NCBI RefSeq assembly: GCF_006345805.1
Contig: NW_021835457.1
Span: 74,945 to 138,944 of the forward strand
DNA length: 64,000 bases
Direction: 5' to 3'
Source of the DNA: Octopus sinensis
Taxonomy: Eukaryota
This document shows, in pieces, positions 27,406-39,126 of this stretch. Positions within the stretch are counted from its first letter, which is position 1. Each line of letters begins with the position of its first letter. The translations under genes and the position numbers were made by a program. The notes beneath the pieces were generated by a model, which did no database searches, was not told the DNA's origin, and was given only the letters and a program-made list of their open reading frames with translations.

Positions 27406-28764
27406 TCAATTCTCCAATCTCCTCCTCTTGTTGATTGTATTTCGGGGATCATCGATAGGGTACTCCATTTTCTCCAACTGTTCGACAGGATTAGCCACTT
27501 TAACCTCTTCCTCCGAATTATAACAAAGCCGGTGGTGGAGCCTACAATCCATCACCATCTCAACCACGGCACATCACACTCCCCCTCATCGTCCGAGTAC
27601 TCCACCAGAGAATCCAATTTGGCAAAGTTACGTCCAAACTCTTCCCGAATCTTATCCACCATCGCCCTCCTCAACTTGATTTCCTCCGGCAGTTTCTTCA
27701 TCTTTGAAAACACGGCAAAATCCTCGTCCAAATCTGCAATCGTCGTGGAAGGAGGCTTGACTGGCACCTCCACTTTCTGCCGCCCTGCTTCCTTCTCCGA
27801 CAGCAAAATGAGTTCTCCCCTCAGCTTATTTATCTCCTCCTGCAAAATATCCCTAAAAATAACCCCAAACAGCCATACACAGTGGTCAGTGCCTTCCTCT
27901 TCGGTTCCTCGGGTTCTTCCACCAGAATATCCACAGGTGACTCAACCGGAGGGGAAATAACCCTCTCCACCACTTTAGGAATAAAAATCGGCGGAGGACA
28001 CTCTCCGTCCTCCACAGCGTCATCTCCAAAGGACAAAAGCGAGTAATTCCTAATAAAATATTCCCAACTGACTACCGGACTCCCCTTGTCTGGTTTATCG
28101 GTTCTTCCACTGGCATATTCGGAAGGACTGGCTTATCAATGACGATATCCTTAAAGGGATTGAGGACAATCTACATTGATGGAATAAACAGACCTCAGTG
28201 GACTTAATTCTGTGGAGGATTTCTGGTCTTTCTGTTTTTTTATTGACTTGTCCCTCTCCGAGTTTAATCATATTAAAAAGTGTATCCCCCGCCACCTGTG
28301 TGTAGATATGATAAAAAACTGTTCCAAAAATGGTGTTTTTCTTGTCTAGTTCAGGGGTGGCTGCCAATGTGAAGAAGAATTGGCTTTCGTTCTGGTTGGG
28401 TCCGTTGTTGGCCATTCCGACCAGTCCCCGACGAGTGAATCGCAATCTGCTGTGAAATTCGTCCTGAAATAAACGAAGGGGACTACTCGGAAGGGTTTTC
28501 CGTATGAAGACTCTCCGCCGAAGCCGGTTCCTGTTGGGTCTCCTCCTTGGACGATAAAGTTGGGTACAACACGGTGGAATATTGTCTCGTCGTAGTAGGA
28601 GAGCATGCAGAGGTGGATAAAGTTGCGAGTGGTCTTTGGGGCTTCTTTAGTCCATAATTCAATGTCAATGTCACCCACGGTAGTTTTCAGTCGAACCTGA
28701 GTTGTTTTTTTTATATTTTTACTTTGGCGGATGTAGGTGGCTCCTTTATGTAGATGTTACTCAT
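27406..28764 (-). CDS. CWC27: Spliceosomal cyclophilin-like protein CWC27
   Basis: MSNIYIKEPPT, GDIDIELWTKEAPK, FHRVVPNFIVQGGDPTGTG, DEFHSRLRFTRRGLVGMAN, LLSFGD; C-terminal DPRNTINKRRR. Confidence 0.93.
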
Positions 28765-29079
28765 TTAGTCACTAAATAGGCACCACAAGGGATTACTAAT
28801 TAATTATTTTATTTAATTAATAATTAAATGTTTAATTAAATAAAACATAATATTAATATTTTTCTAATTCAAAAATGATTAAATTAAATTATTATTTAAT
28901 TAATAGGTAAATATTTAATTTAGTAAAACATAAATTAAAATTTTTCTAATTGAAAAAAACTAAATAAAATAAAAAATTTTTTATTATAAAGAAAATCACA
29001 ATTTTCCCTCCTAAATTTAAAAAATAACAGTTTCTTGTGGGTACATAACAACAATAAAAATAACGCCTGTTTCCTAGCA

Positions 29080-29524
29080 ATGCAAGTTGTGTTATCCACG
29101 TCGTATGACTTGAATCACAGACCGGGAAATATCCTCGACAAGTGAATCTTGAAAATGTATTTTAGACGAGGGGACACATATTGGTTATCCTCTGGTCTAT
29201 TCCCCCAAAATATTGTTTTATCAACTCCAAAAAACGACTACATTCCACGTATAATCCTAGAAGGCTGGGGCAGTATAGTCCCCTCAAATATATTTTAGTC
29301 AAAGAACTGCAAGTGTACTCAACCAGTGGCACTGACATTCGAAAAATGGACAGAATTTATCATTCGGGTACCCAGGAGTACATTTTGTAGAAATCCCCAA
29401 AAGTGAAGGACTTGAAAGGATTGTGATCGACCTACAAAAAGAAGTCAGGATTTTTAAAATTGAAATAATCGACGGATGGGACAATTCTGTGGCAATTCGG
29501 AGTTTTGAGATACATAAAAACTAA
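29080..29524 (+). CDS. IFT25: Intraflagellar transport protein 25 (HSPB11), 4 exons
   Basis: Spliced MQVVLSTSYDLNHRPGNILDKRGDTYWLSSGLFPQNIVL...FKIEIIDGWDNSVAIRSF matches IFT25 (ATSSDEKHPPENIIDG..TFWTTTGMFPQEF). Introns of 24, 26 and 23 nt. Confidence 0.85.
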
Positions 29525-29646
29525 TTCTTTAATTTTATTTTTAAATAAAAAATTCTGTTTTTGATTTATTTTTTATAGATTTTTAAAATATTTTATTACT
29601 ATAGAAATAGTAGAAATAAAGTTCTTGTGGTACTTTTTTATTCGAC

Positions 29647-30355
29647 ATGAATTCTCGGGATATGCTTTTAAATAGATTAGAGACAGTTACGACAGTTATC
29701 GAGAGTAAAGTAAGGGATAGTCCTCACTATCCAGATCGACGAGGAGATTGAACATCTCGACAATCTCAACGAACAGGACTTACAGGCTATCCGTCAACGT
29801 CGCCTTCAACAACTAAAAGATTTACAAAAAAAGAAAGAGGAGTGGCGACAAAACGGACACGGAACTCTAAATCAAGTCCCTCTTTGAATATATTTAAAGC
29901 TGACAACCGAAAAGGAATTTTTTGATGTACTCAAAAAAAGTGAACGAGCTGTCTTTCATTTTTTCCGCGATTCCACTTTCCGGTGTAAAATTCTGGATAA
30001 ACATTTGACTATTCTGGCAGCCAAACATGTGGAGACATTCTTTGGCAAGGTGGATGTCGAAAAGTCTCCTTTCCTTGTTTCCCGCCTTAAAATTCGTATT
30101 TTACCGACAATGGTCCCCGTGGTTGACGGAATGGCGAAGGAGCACATTCTCGGGTTTGACAGTCTCGGTGGGACTGATGACTTTTCAACGGAGATGTTGG
30201 AATGGAGACTGGGCTGTGCGGAAGTGATTAATTATGAGGGGGACACTTCCCGTCCTCCCGCTCTCGTTTCCAAACCTGCCAAGACACTAAAATCTGGAAT
30301 CCGTCGGACTAATTTCAACCGTGATCCTGACAGTGACGATTACGAAGATTTTTGA
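29647..30355 (+). CDS. TXNDC9: Phosducin-like protein 3 / thioredoxin domain-containing 9
   Basis: IDEEIEHLD...IRQRRLQQLK...WRQNGHG, EKEFFDV, HFFRDSTFRCKILDKHL, GFDSLGGTDDFSTEMLEWRL. Confidence 0.92.
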
Positions 30356-33099
30356 TTGTTTTTTTCATTTCTAATGGTCGTTTCTATTAAACTTGCTTAT
30401 TAGTATTTATTTGTTAATTGGTCAAAGTTGGTGTTTTTGATTTGTATATTGGCTACAAAAACGGTATTGAGATGGTTCACACATTATGGATAGAGTTGGA
30501 TTATTTCTTTGTTTGATATGCTTTTAAGACGAGAATATCTTTTTCAATTCAGCGGATCAAACTGTTTGCGGAATCAGATAAAAGTCTGAGATGGACCAAG
30601 ACTTGAGAAAAGTTAAGAAACTTGGATCTCACGAACAAGACATGATTATGCAAAAAACAGCTGCAAACAGTGCAGCCTAAAGGAAAATGGTTTAAAGCAC
30701 AAAGAACTCAGTACATAATCTCGTCTATAACGCCGAAGCATAGGGACTTTCTGATACGGACAATTTAAACTAATATAGTTCTATAGAGATCAACTTCGGC
30801 GTACTCTAGCCTCCTGTGGACGCCTAGTATTTTTGGGAAGATTAAAAAGAGTAAATGAGTGTATCACGCCACGAGAAACCCGAATTTCACATTTTTTGTA
30901 TATTAACTTTCTGAGTTTAATTTATTTTATTGTTTTCAAAATTAATTTACTAGCTATCTTTTCACGTCCTTATTGTTTTAAAAAAAAATTTACTATCATA
31001 ATGGTAGAGGAGCAATTGTGTACTGATTGTAAAGGAATAATTAATAATTTTTGTCAAAATAATTAGTCAGATAACATTGAAGATTTAGTATAAATAGGAC
31101 GATCCGAAATAATCGGAATATTCAAATGGTTAAAAACTTATTTTAATAATTACAGGGTGGCATTTGCGGGAAAGGAAATTGCTCAAATAATTGTTTGAAT
31201 TCATCAGTTTCGGGAGACAGTTTTATATTCTTATACAAAAAAAATCAACTTTTTTTGAAAGACGTTGGTCAAAAACAAATTTCAGTATCAGTAGAAATTA
31301 TAGCATAAAACATTAACTACTTTTAGAAATATGTATATTGAGAACTTTAAATACATCAGATTGCTTGAGCGGGGAAATTTCGGAAATGTATGGAATACAT
31401 ACAATAATAATTTATTTAGGTATCTTTGCATAAATACAAAAAAGATGGGAAATTATATGCCATCAAGGAAGAAGAGCGGGAAAACACCGAATTACAATGA
31501 ATGAGGCTAGAAGAAACGAAGAGTTTTTAATTTTACCTTTTATTTTGTAGTTTCCATTTCTTGGTCAAAACTACAATGCTGTTATAAAAGCAATACTTAA
31601 TAAAGAACCTGATTATTTTTTACTCGAACTCCACTTTTCCGAAATAATGAATTGTAAAACAATAGATATTCTGAAAAAAGTGATGTCGATTTTATATTCT
31701 AGTTGTTTGTCAAAAATCCGAAAAAGCGTCTTGGTAGTTCGCAAAACGGAATTGCTGACATCATCATCCATCTTTTTTTAAGGTACCCACATTAGCCAAG
31801 ACAAGTTTCATTATAGATGATGGACATAAAAGCTATCCGTACAAAAACCATCTTAATGATTCCGAAAATACAACAACCACATGGGAGTAAACGTTCACTA
31901 TCCGGGACTTTTTAAAATTAGTTTAACATTGATTTTTGGCATTTTTGATTTTATTTATCTTTTTTTTCAAAGCGTAGTGGATCAATAGTTTGTTTTTTGA
32001 AATATTTTACGATTTCAATGATTATGATTTCAGTATCATTTTTAAACAACCAGACTCTAATTGAAAAAATAAATAGCAGGCTCACAGGGGTCGTTTTTAA
32101 TTCTTCCGAAATACCAGGCTTTCTCTGTGAGTAAACAAAGAGTGATGGTCCTAGCATACCTGAGGCTTAGATGTTTCCTCGTCTGCAATCTACAGTGGTC
32201 TCGAATTTTCGTAATGTTAGTAACAACTAATCGAATATCGTTTCTATAGGCATTTACTCTTTTTAATAATGACTTAAAAAATAAAGTACAGAGTGCGTGC
32301 TCCAAATGAGGAAACTTATTATTATTAACGCACTTATTGTAGGGCCACAATAATTATAGTTTTCATTCCCCACATACTTGTCCAGAGTGAACATTAGGTA
32401 GCTATATTATACGTTCTGCCTTACTTGAGCACTCTTTGGTCCTCTCCTGGGGGTAGACGACAGGCTGAGAATGTGATCACTTTGTTTCCGCAGAGATCAT
32501 CCCCTAGTTGTGATTCACGGACATCAACCGGCCACTTCGATTATTCCGTGGCGGGCAATATCTGCGTATTCGCCTACTTCTGGGTTGAAGGGGTACTCCT
32601 TGGGGGTCATTCATTGGTGTACTTTCATGGGGGGTAATTCAGTCTCAAAGTCGGCTTCGGTCTCTTCTATTATTGTAGATAGTCCGATTTGTTCGATTGG
32701 GGGGTCACCGTCTATTTCTTCGTAATCTAAAACTGATTCTTCGATCATTCCTTCAATGACCACACGGGAAAGATCTCGAAATATTACGGAACGTCGCCCA
32801 AGATAGAGGAAAATAGACCAAACTAATAATTCTTATTATTCCAGTGTTGCACAAGCTTTTTCATGGTATCGCGAAAGTGCTTAAATAAATTGACATTGAT
32901 TTCAGTTCTCATAGTTTTACCTTCGACTCGGTTTTATTCTGGGCTTGTGACAAAATCAGCAGTAGGTTAACAAAACAGACGAAAAATGGCGAAAGTCAAG
33001 TTTGTAACAGCCTTACGTATCAAGTTATACAATGCTTTTGTTAACCCTATACTTTTGTAAAACAGAGGAATATAGGGAGGGTCTGAGTCTGAACTATTA

Positions 33100-34260
33100 A
33101 TTATGTTGAAAAAGACATCTCAATCTCGTTTATTTAAAATATTGTGGAATGAATTGGGATGCAATTATACATCATTACTTTTTCATACTGAAGTACTGAA
33201 GTACAATGGTTGTCACGTGAAAGGGTATTGCATCGTTTTATGTTTCTCAAGAATCAAAATTTTCAATTTACATAAATTTGGAAAACAATCTTTGTTGACA
33301 GAAAATTGAATATTTAGTTTCCATTTACGCGAAACTTAATAAATTTACATTATCGCGTTAAAGAAAATATCAAACTGTTTTTATATCAACGGCATACTCA
33401 CGCCATAACAACCTGGACCTGATATTGACCTACGATTAATAAAGCACCCAATATTGGCAACCATCGTGCGTCCCTGCCTTATAAAGCACCCAATATTGGA
33501 CGTGGTGCACCCAATATTGGCATATGGTTTTGAGCAGTCCGAACGTCAATATCATATCTATCACCATCAGTCTTTCCGTCGTTGACTAAGTGGGACTACA
33601 GATATTGATTTGGGTTGGGAGGTGGTTAGCCCCATCACCGTCATGTTCCGTGGACTCCCTCGTTAAAATACCGGGCATTGATCGGTCGAAACTATGTATA
33701 TTCCTCTTTAATCAGTGAACCCATGGTTGACTAACCCGAACACCCGATACTGACCTGTGTTGCGAGGTGGGGGCAATCCCGTCATACTTCGTGGACTCCC
33801 GCGTTTAGAAGACCGGGCTCCAAAACCTGTGAATCCTCTATCTATATTCAGTGTCACTGTTGACTTAACTCTGGCTCACGGCAGATGAATGGGACGCACG
33901 CTCAGAAGAGTTCGGTTGCCTTGCCATCCGTTCTTAATTCCTGTCACTCTCTCTCTATGATTACAATAAAAACTTGATTGATTGGCTTCCGTTGATAAAA
34001 ATAACATTTCAGATAAATTTGAAGACAGTTGAGTTCAAAATTCATTCAATGTTGAGATAATACTAGCAAATCTAACATCAATTGAATATTAACATCTTAT
34101 TGATTTGACATTAGAATACAATTCAAAACAGATTTATAAAGATGACCTTTTTAATTTTTGGAGAACATACATCTCAAAATATCCAGATGTCTCGAAAAGA
34201 CCTATACGCACACTTTTACCTTTTCCAACGACTTAATTATGGGGTTTTCAATATTGACAG
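33100..34260 (+). mobile_element. hAT (Buster-like) transposase fragments interrupted by a solo LTR
   Basis: SRLFKILWNELGCNYTSLLFHTEV; FWRTYISKYPDVSKRPIRTLLPFPTT. Confidence 0.6.
33376..34006 (+). mobile_element. Probable solo LTR (631 bp)
   Basis: TG...CA ends with imperfect terminal inverted repeat (TGTTTTTATATCAACGG / CCGTTGATAAAAATAACA), AATAAA near the 3' end, GC-rich with internal direct repeats. No TSD seen. Confidence 0.55.
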
Positions 34261-34579
34261 TTGTCAACAATAACTTCAACCATTACACAACTATGGTATG
34301 ATAAAAATTGCCTCAATGTTCACATTAAATTTTTTTTGGTTATAATAATTTAATTGGAAGGGTTCCGCAGAAAAAATAAAAGGTCAGAAGGGCTAAAATG
34401 GTTAGATATGATATTAAAGGAACGCTTCCGAAGCATGGATTTTCCTTTAGCATGCGCTACTTTTAGCATCATTCCAAGTAGCATATGAAGTTGCAAAATC
34501 GAAGAAGCCGCATACTATTGCCGAGACTATTTCCGAGACGCCTCACGAAAATTGCAGCAGATTCCTTTGTCAAATAATT

Positions 34580-35041
34580 CTATCCGGGATAGAATTAAAG
34601 ATGGATGATAGAAACGAGGTTAAAGACGATTTGATTGAATTGCAAACATCTAAATCACTGAAAATACGACTAAATTCTTTGGAGGTTTTTTGGTGCGGTT
34701 TGCAAGCAGGGTTACCGAAACTTGCAAAGAAAGCACTGTAAGTTCTGATACCATTTGCAACAACTTGACTATGTGAATCTGGATTGTCATCTCTACTATA
34801 TATAAAAAATAAAAACAGAAACTCTCTTAGTCCTGAAAACGATCTCAGAATTGCACTAGCAAACAAAAAACCGCGTTTAAAAGAATTAATTAAGATTAAA
34901 AGACAAGAAAAATCTCAAGAAACCTAAATAATTTTTTAAATGATTTTTTTAATAAAATTCTCTGTTAGATTTAAAAACTGGGGTGCCAGGTTAGCTTTAA
35001 AATTTTTGGATTCCGAACTCAAAACTAATCGGGAAGCACTG
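34580..35041 (+). mobile_element. hAT transposase C-terminal dimerisation domain remnant and element end
   Basis: FWCGLQAGLPKLAKKAL*VLIPFATT*LCESGLSSLLYIKNKNRNSL..DLRIAL; ends GGGAAGCACTG. Confidence 0.7.
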
Positions 35042-35202
35042 TTTTAGAGCTTCTATTTTTAGTTTGATTGATTAAAATTCCAAATAAAAAATTTTATTGA
35101 ATTGTTTCAATTTTCTAAAAAAATCAATTTTGTACTTCGTTATACTGGCATTTATTATATTTCCTGACGTTTGTTTCTATCGTATCAAGAGAAGTAAATC
35201 CT

Positions 35203-35376
35203 ATGGGCTTTCCTGTTGGAGATTTAAATGCAAGCGCAGGACAATTGGCTTCGCAATCTGTCAATGCAATCGTTGGTGAAACTAATTTTCCTTCTGAAAA
35301 TTCACCGGTTTCCCGAATTGAGAGAGCTATAGAAGAACAGTTGGTAACGTCCAAGGGACACTGTATTATAATTTAA
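35203..35376 (+). CDS. Small CaaX peptide copy 1 (57 aa; upstream start is ACG at 35167)
   Basis: MGFPVGDLNASAGQLASQSVNAIVGETNFPSENSPVSRIERAIEEQLVTSKGHCIII*. Confidence 0.55.
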   Translation: MGFPVGDLNASAGQLASQSVNAIVGETNFPSENSPVSRIERAIEEQLVTSKGHCIII

Positions 35377-36031
35377 ATCGGTTAAAAATAATCGCTCTTA
35401 TTTTTAACTAATGGCTCTTGTTCTTACTAATAATTCTTGTTTTAACGGTTTTCAATTTTAAAAGTCTTTATTAGTCAAAAACAGTATCAGTAATATCAAA
35501 TAGAACATACACAATAAATTATGTTACCAAAATACACAGTATGTATTTTAAATATAAATGAATTATCGGGCGCAGGAAAATTGGGCTTGGGACCGGAGGA
35601 AGCCACTGGAAAACTTGTTTGTGACTTTACGGGTGCTAGAAATATACCACAAAATCCGCTCTTTAAAAGATTCCGCAAACACCTTAATGTAAAAACCAGT
35701 GGGCTAAGGATTTTTTCCAGTCAATATAAATAGTTTGCCTTAAAGTTAAAGCAATCCTGAAATTTTCGTGGTCTTAAATGCTACTAAATTTTCTGTATTT
35801 AGTCTTTCTTGTTATACCCTTTAATTAAATATCGCGTTTTTGTTTTGTTTATATTTATGTGATATTCTTTCATAGTTTCTATTTTTAGTTTAATTGATTA
35901 AAATTCAAAATAAAAAATTTCTATTGAATTGTTTCAATTTTCTAAAAAATCAATTTTGTCCTTCGTTACTACTGGCATTTATATTATATTTCCTGACGTT
36001 TGTTTCTATCGTATCAAGAGAAGTAAATCCT

Positions 36032-36204
36032 ATGGGCTTTCCTGTTGGAGATTTAAATGCAAGCTCAGGACAATTGGCTCCGCAATCTGTCAATGCAATC
36101 GTTGGTGAAACTAATTTTCCTTCTGAAAATTCACCGGTTTCCCGAATGAGGGAGCTATAGAAGAACAGTTCATACAGCTCAAGGGACGCTGTATTATAAT
36201 TTGA
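36032..36204 (+). CDS. Small CaaX peptide copy 2 (1-nt deletion near 36147, possibly an assembly error)
   Basis: MGFPVGDLNASSGQLAPQSVNAIV...EGAIEEQFIQLKGRCIII* after restoring ATT. Confidence 0.45.
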
Positions 36205-36816
36205 ATCGGTTAAAAATAATCGCTTTTATTTTTACTCATGGCTCTTGTTCTTACTAATAATTTTTGTTTTAACGGTTTTCAAATTAAGTCTTTATTAGTC
36301 AAAAACAGTATCAGTAATATCAAATAGAACATACACAATAAATTATGTTACCAAAATACACAGTATGTATTTTTTAAATATAAATGAATTATCGGGCGCA
36401 GGAAAATTGGGCTTGGGACCGGAGGAAGACACTGGAAAACTTGTTTGTGACTTTACGGGTGCTAGAAATATACCACAAAATCCGCTCTTTAAGAGATTCC
36501 GCAAACACCTTAATGTTAAGAACCACTGGTCTAAAGATTTTTTCCAGCCAATATAAATGGTTTGGCTTAAAGTTAAAGCAATCCTGAAATTTTCGTGGTC
36601 TTAATGCTACTACATTTTCTGTATTTAGTCTTTCTTGTTATACCCTTTAATTAAATATCGCGTTTTTGTTTTGTTTATATCTATGTGATATTCTTTCATA
36701 GTTTCTATTTTTAGTTTAATTGATTAAAATTCAAAATAAAAAATTTCTATTGAATTGTTTCAATTTTCTAAAAAAATCAATTTCAGTTATTATTTGCATT
36801 TATATTAAATTTCCTG

Positions 36817-37026
36817 ATGTTTGTTCCTATCGTATCGAGAGAAGTCAATCCTATGGGCTTTCCTGTTGAAGATTTAAATGCAAGCGCAGGACAATCGGCT
36901 CCGCAATCTGTCAATGCAATCGTTAATGAAACTAATTTTCTTTCTGAAAATTCACCTGTTTCCCGAATTGAGGGAGCTATAGAAGAACAGTTGATAAAAT
37001 TCAAGGGACTCTGTATTATAATTTAA
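36817..37026 (+). CDS. Small CaaX peptide copy 3 (69 aa, intact)
   Basis: MFVPIVSREVNPMGFPVEDLNASAGQSAPQSVNAIVNETNFLSENSPVSRIEGAIEEQLIKFKGLCIII*. Confidence 0.65.
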   Translation: MFVPIVSREVNPMGFPVEDLNASAGQSAPQSVNAIVNETNFLSENSPVSRIEGAIEEQLIKFKGLCIII

Positions 37027-37293
37027 ATCGGTTAAAAATAATCGCTCTTATTTTTACTAATGGCTCTTGTTCTTACTAATAATTCTTGTTTTAACGGTTT
37101 TCAATTTTAAAAGTCTTTATTAGTCAAAAACAGTATCAGTAATATCAAATAGAACATACACAATAAATTATGTTACCAAAATACACAGTATGTATTTTTT
37201 AAATATAAATAAATTATCGGGCGCAGGAAAATTGGGCTTGGGACCGAGGAAGCCACTGAAAACTTGTTTGTGACTTTACGGGTGCTAGAAATA

Positions 37294-38776
37294 CAGCGAT
37301 ACAAATAAAAAACGGAACACTCATTTTCTCGATTTTTTTCTATTGAATGATTGATTTATTTTAACAAAAATAGAATTTTTAGAAGACAAACATAACTTTA
37401 GCCTTTAAAAAAATAAAAACAACTTATATTTCGGACCGTAATTAAATCCAGTTTTGTCCAAACAAAATAAAAAAGAGAACAAAACAAAATAAAAAAGAGA
37501 ACAAAAGAGTTTTTTAAACCATTTTTTATTTTATTACACGTGTTGATTCTTGTTACATGGTTTTACAACTTACATTACAAGAAAAAGCAGAAATTATTAC
37601 GTATTATAAAGTCGGAAAGTCATATCGGGAAATAAGAAATTTGACCGGAAGATCTCTGAGTGCCATCTCGAGAGTCATTCGAAACTTCACCATGAATGAT
37701 TCCTTCCAGAGAAAAAAAGGCTCAGGACGAAGATTTAAACTTAACTCTGATGATCTCGGAATAATTCAACGTGAACAAAAACTGACGTTGATTTCAATTT
37801 TGTAAAATGTTCGGAAATTTTACGTTCTGAAACGGGAACTGCTGTCACATCACAGACAGTGAGGAACTATTTGAAAAGACTGAACATATCGACGTTTCAG
37901 CCTACGAAAAGGCCATATCTGTCGAAAAAACACAAAAAGACTAGACTTTCTCAGTGCATTAAGTGGAACATGTTGCCGAATGTGTTCTGGAATCGAGTTA
38001 TCTTTAGTGATGAATCGAAATTCAATCTATTTAATCCCGATGGAAGAAAATTTGTCTGGAGAAAAAGGGGACAAAGGCTTTTAAGCGAAAATGTTACTAC
38101 AACAGTCAGTTTGGAAAAGGGAACGTAATGGTTTGGGGCGCATTTACATCGGAATGTTTTTCGGAACTTGTTTGGATAAAGGGAATTATGAATGGGAACT
38201 TATATGTAAGTATCTTGGCGGACTACATTCGTATTTGTTGCCTTTTTTGGAGAAAACCGGAATCCGATCTCCAATTTATCAGCAAGATAATGATACAAAG
38301 CACACATGCAAGGTGGCTAAAGATTTTTTTTAATGAGCACCGAATTGAGTTATTACAATGGCCTCCTCAAAGTCCCGATTTGAATCCAATCGAGCACGTG
38401 TGGGCCTTCATGAAACATAAAATAAAAGGGACTGAATTAAAAAAAAGAGTGACCTATTTGAGGAATTAAAAAATATTTGGAATGATCTTTCAATAGAATA
38501 TGCGACATCCCTTGTTGGAACAATGCGGAACAGAATTTTAGACGCAATTAATGCTCAGGGGGGTCATACTAAATTTTGAACTACCATTGTTCTCTTTTTT
38601 ATTTTGTTTGAAAAAAATTTGGTTTAAATACATATTAAAATCTTTGACGTTTGGATTTTTATAAAAGGCAAAAGTTAAGATTATAGCTTGAAATTCGATT
38701 TTTTATTAAAATAAATCAATCATTCAATAGAAAAAAATCGAGAAAATGAGTGTTCCGTTTTTTATTTGTATCGCTG
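37294..38776 (+). mobile_element. Full-length Tc1 element
   Basis: TIRs CAGCGATACAAATAAAAAACGGAACAC; TA duplication confirmed by the empty site GCTAGAAATATACCAC in sister repeat units. Confidence 0.95.
37557..38579 (+). pseudogene. Tc1 DD34E-type transposase, frameshifted
   Basis: VIFSDESKF, YQQDNDTKH, WPPQSPDLNPIEHVW, GGHTKF*. Confidence 0.85.
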
Positions 38777-39126
38777 TATACCACAAAATCCGCTCTTTCT
38801 TTAAAGATTCCGCAAACACCTTAATGTTAAGAACCACCGGTCTAAGGATTTTTTCCAGCCAATATAAATGGTTTGGTATAAAGTTAAAGCAATCCTGAAA
38901 TTTTCGTGGTCTTAAATGCTACTAAATTTTCTGTATTTAGTCTTTCTTGTTATACCCTGTCACCGTCCATAGAATGGACATAGCTTCTATTTATACTTTG
39001 ATTGATCAAAATTACAATTAAAAAATTTCTATTGAATTGTTTCAATTTTCTAAAAAATTCAATTTCGTCCTTCGTTATTATTTGCATTTATATATTTCCT
39101 GACCGATTTTTGTCGTCGTATTGTGC

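Noticed and set aside
35583-35596. Minus-strand CCGGTCCCAAGCCC matches the twister ribozyme core in array units
   Set aside because: The closing CCGG strand, upstream UAAC and downstream GAGGG are missing; the match is explained by the antisense of Gly-Leu-Gly-Pro codons.
36817-37026. G-protein gamma subunit as the identity of the CaaX peptides
   Set aside because: Size and SEN are similar, but there is no DPL or NPF motif at the right spacing and no N-terminal coiled coil.
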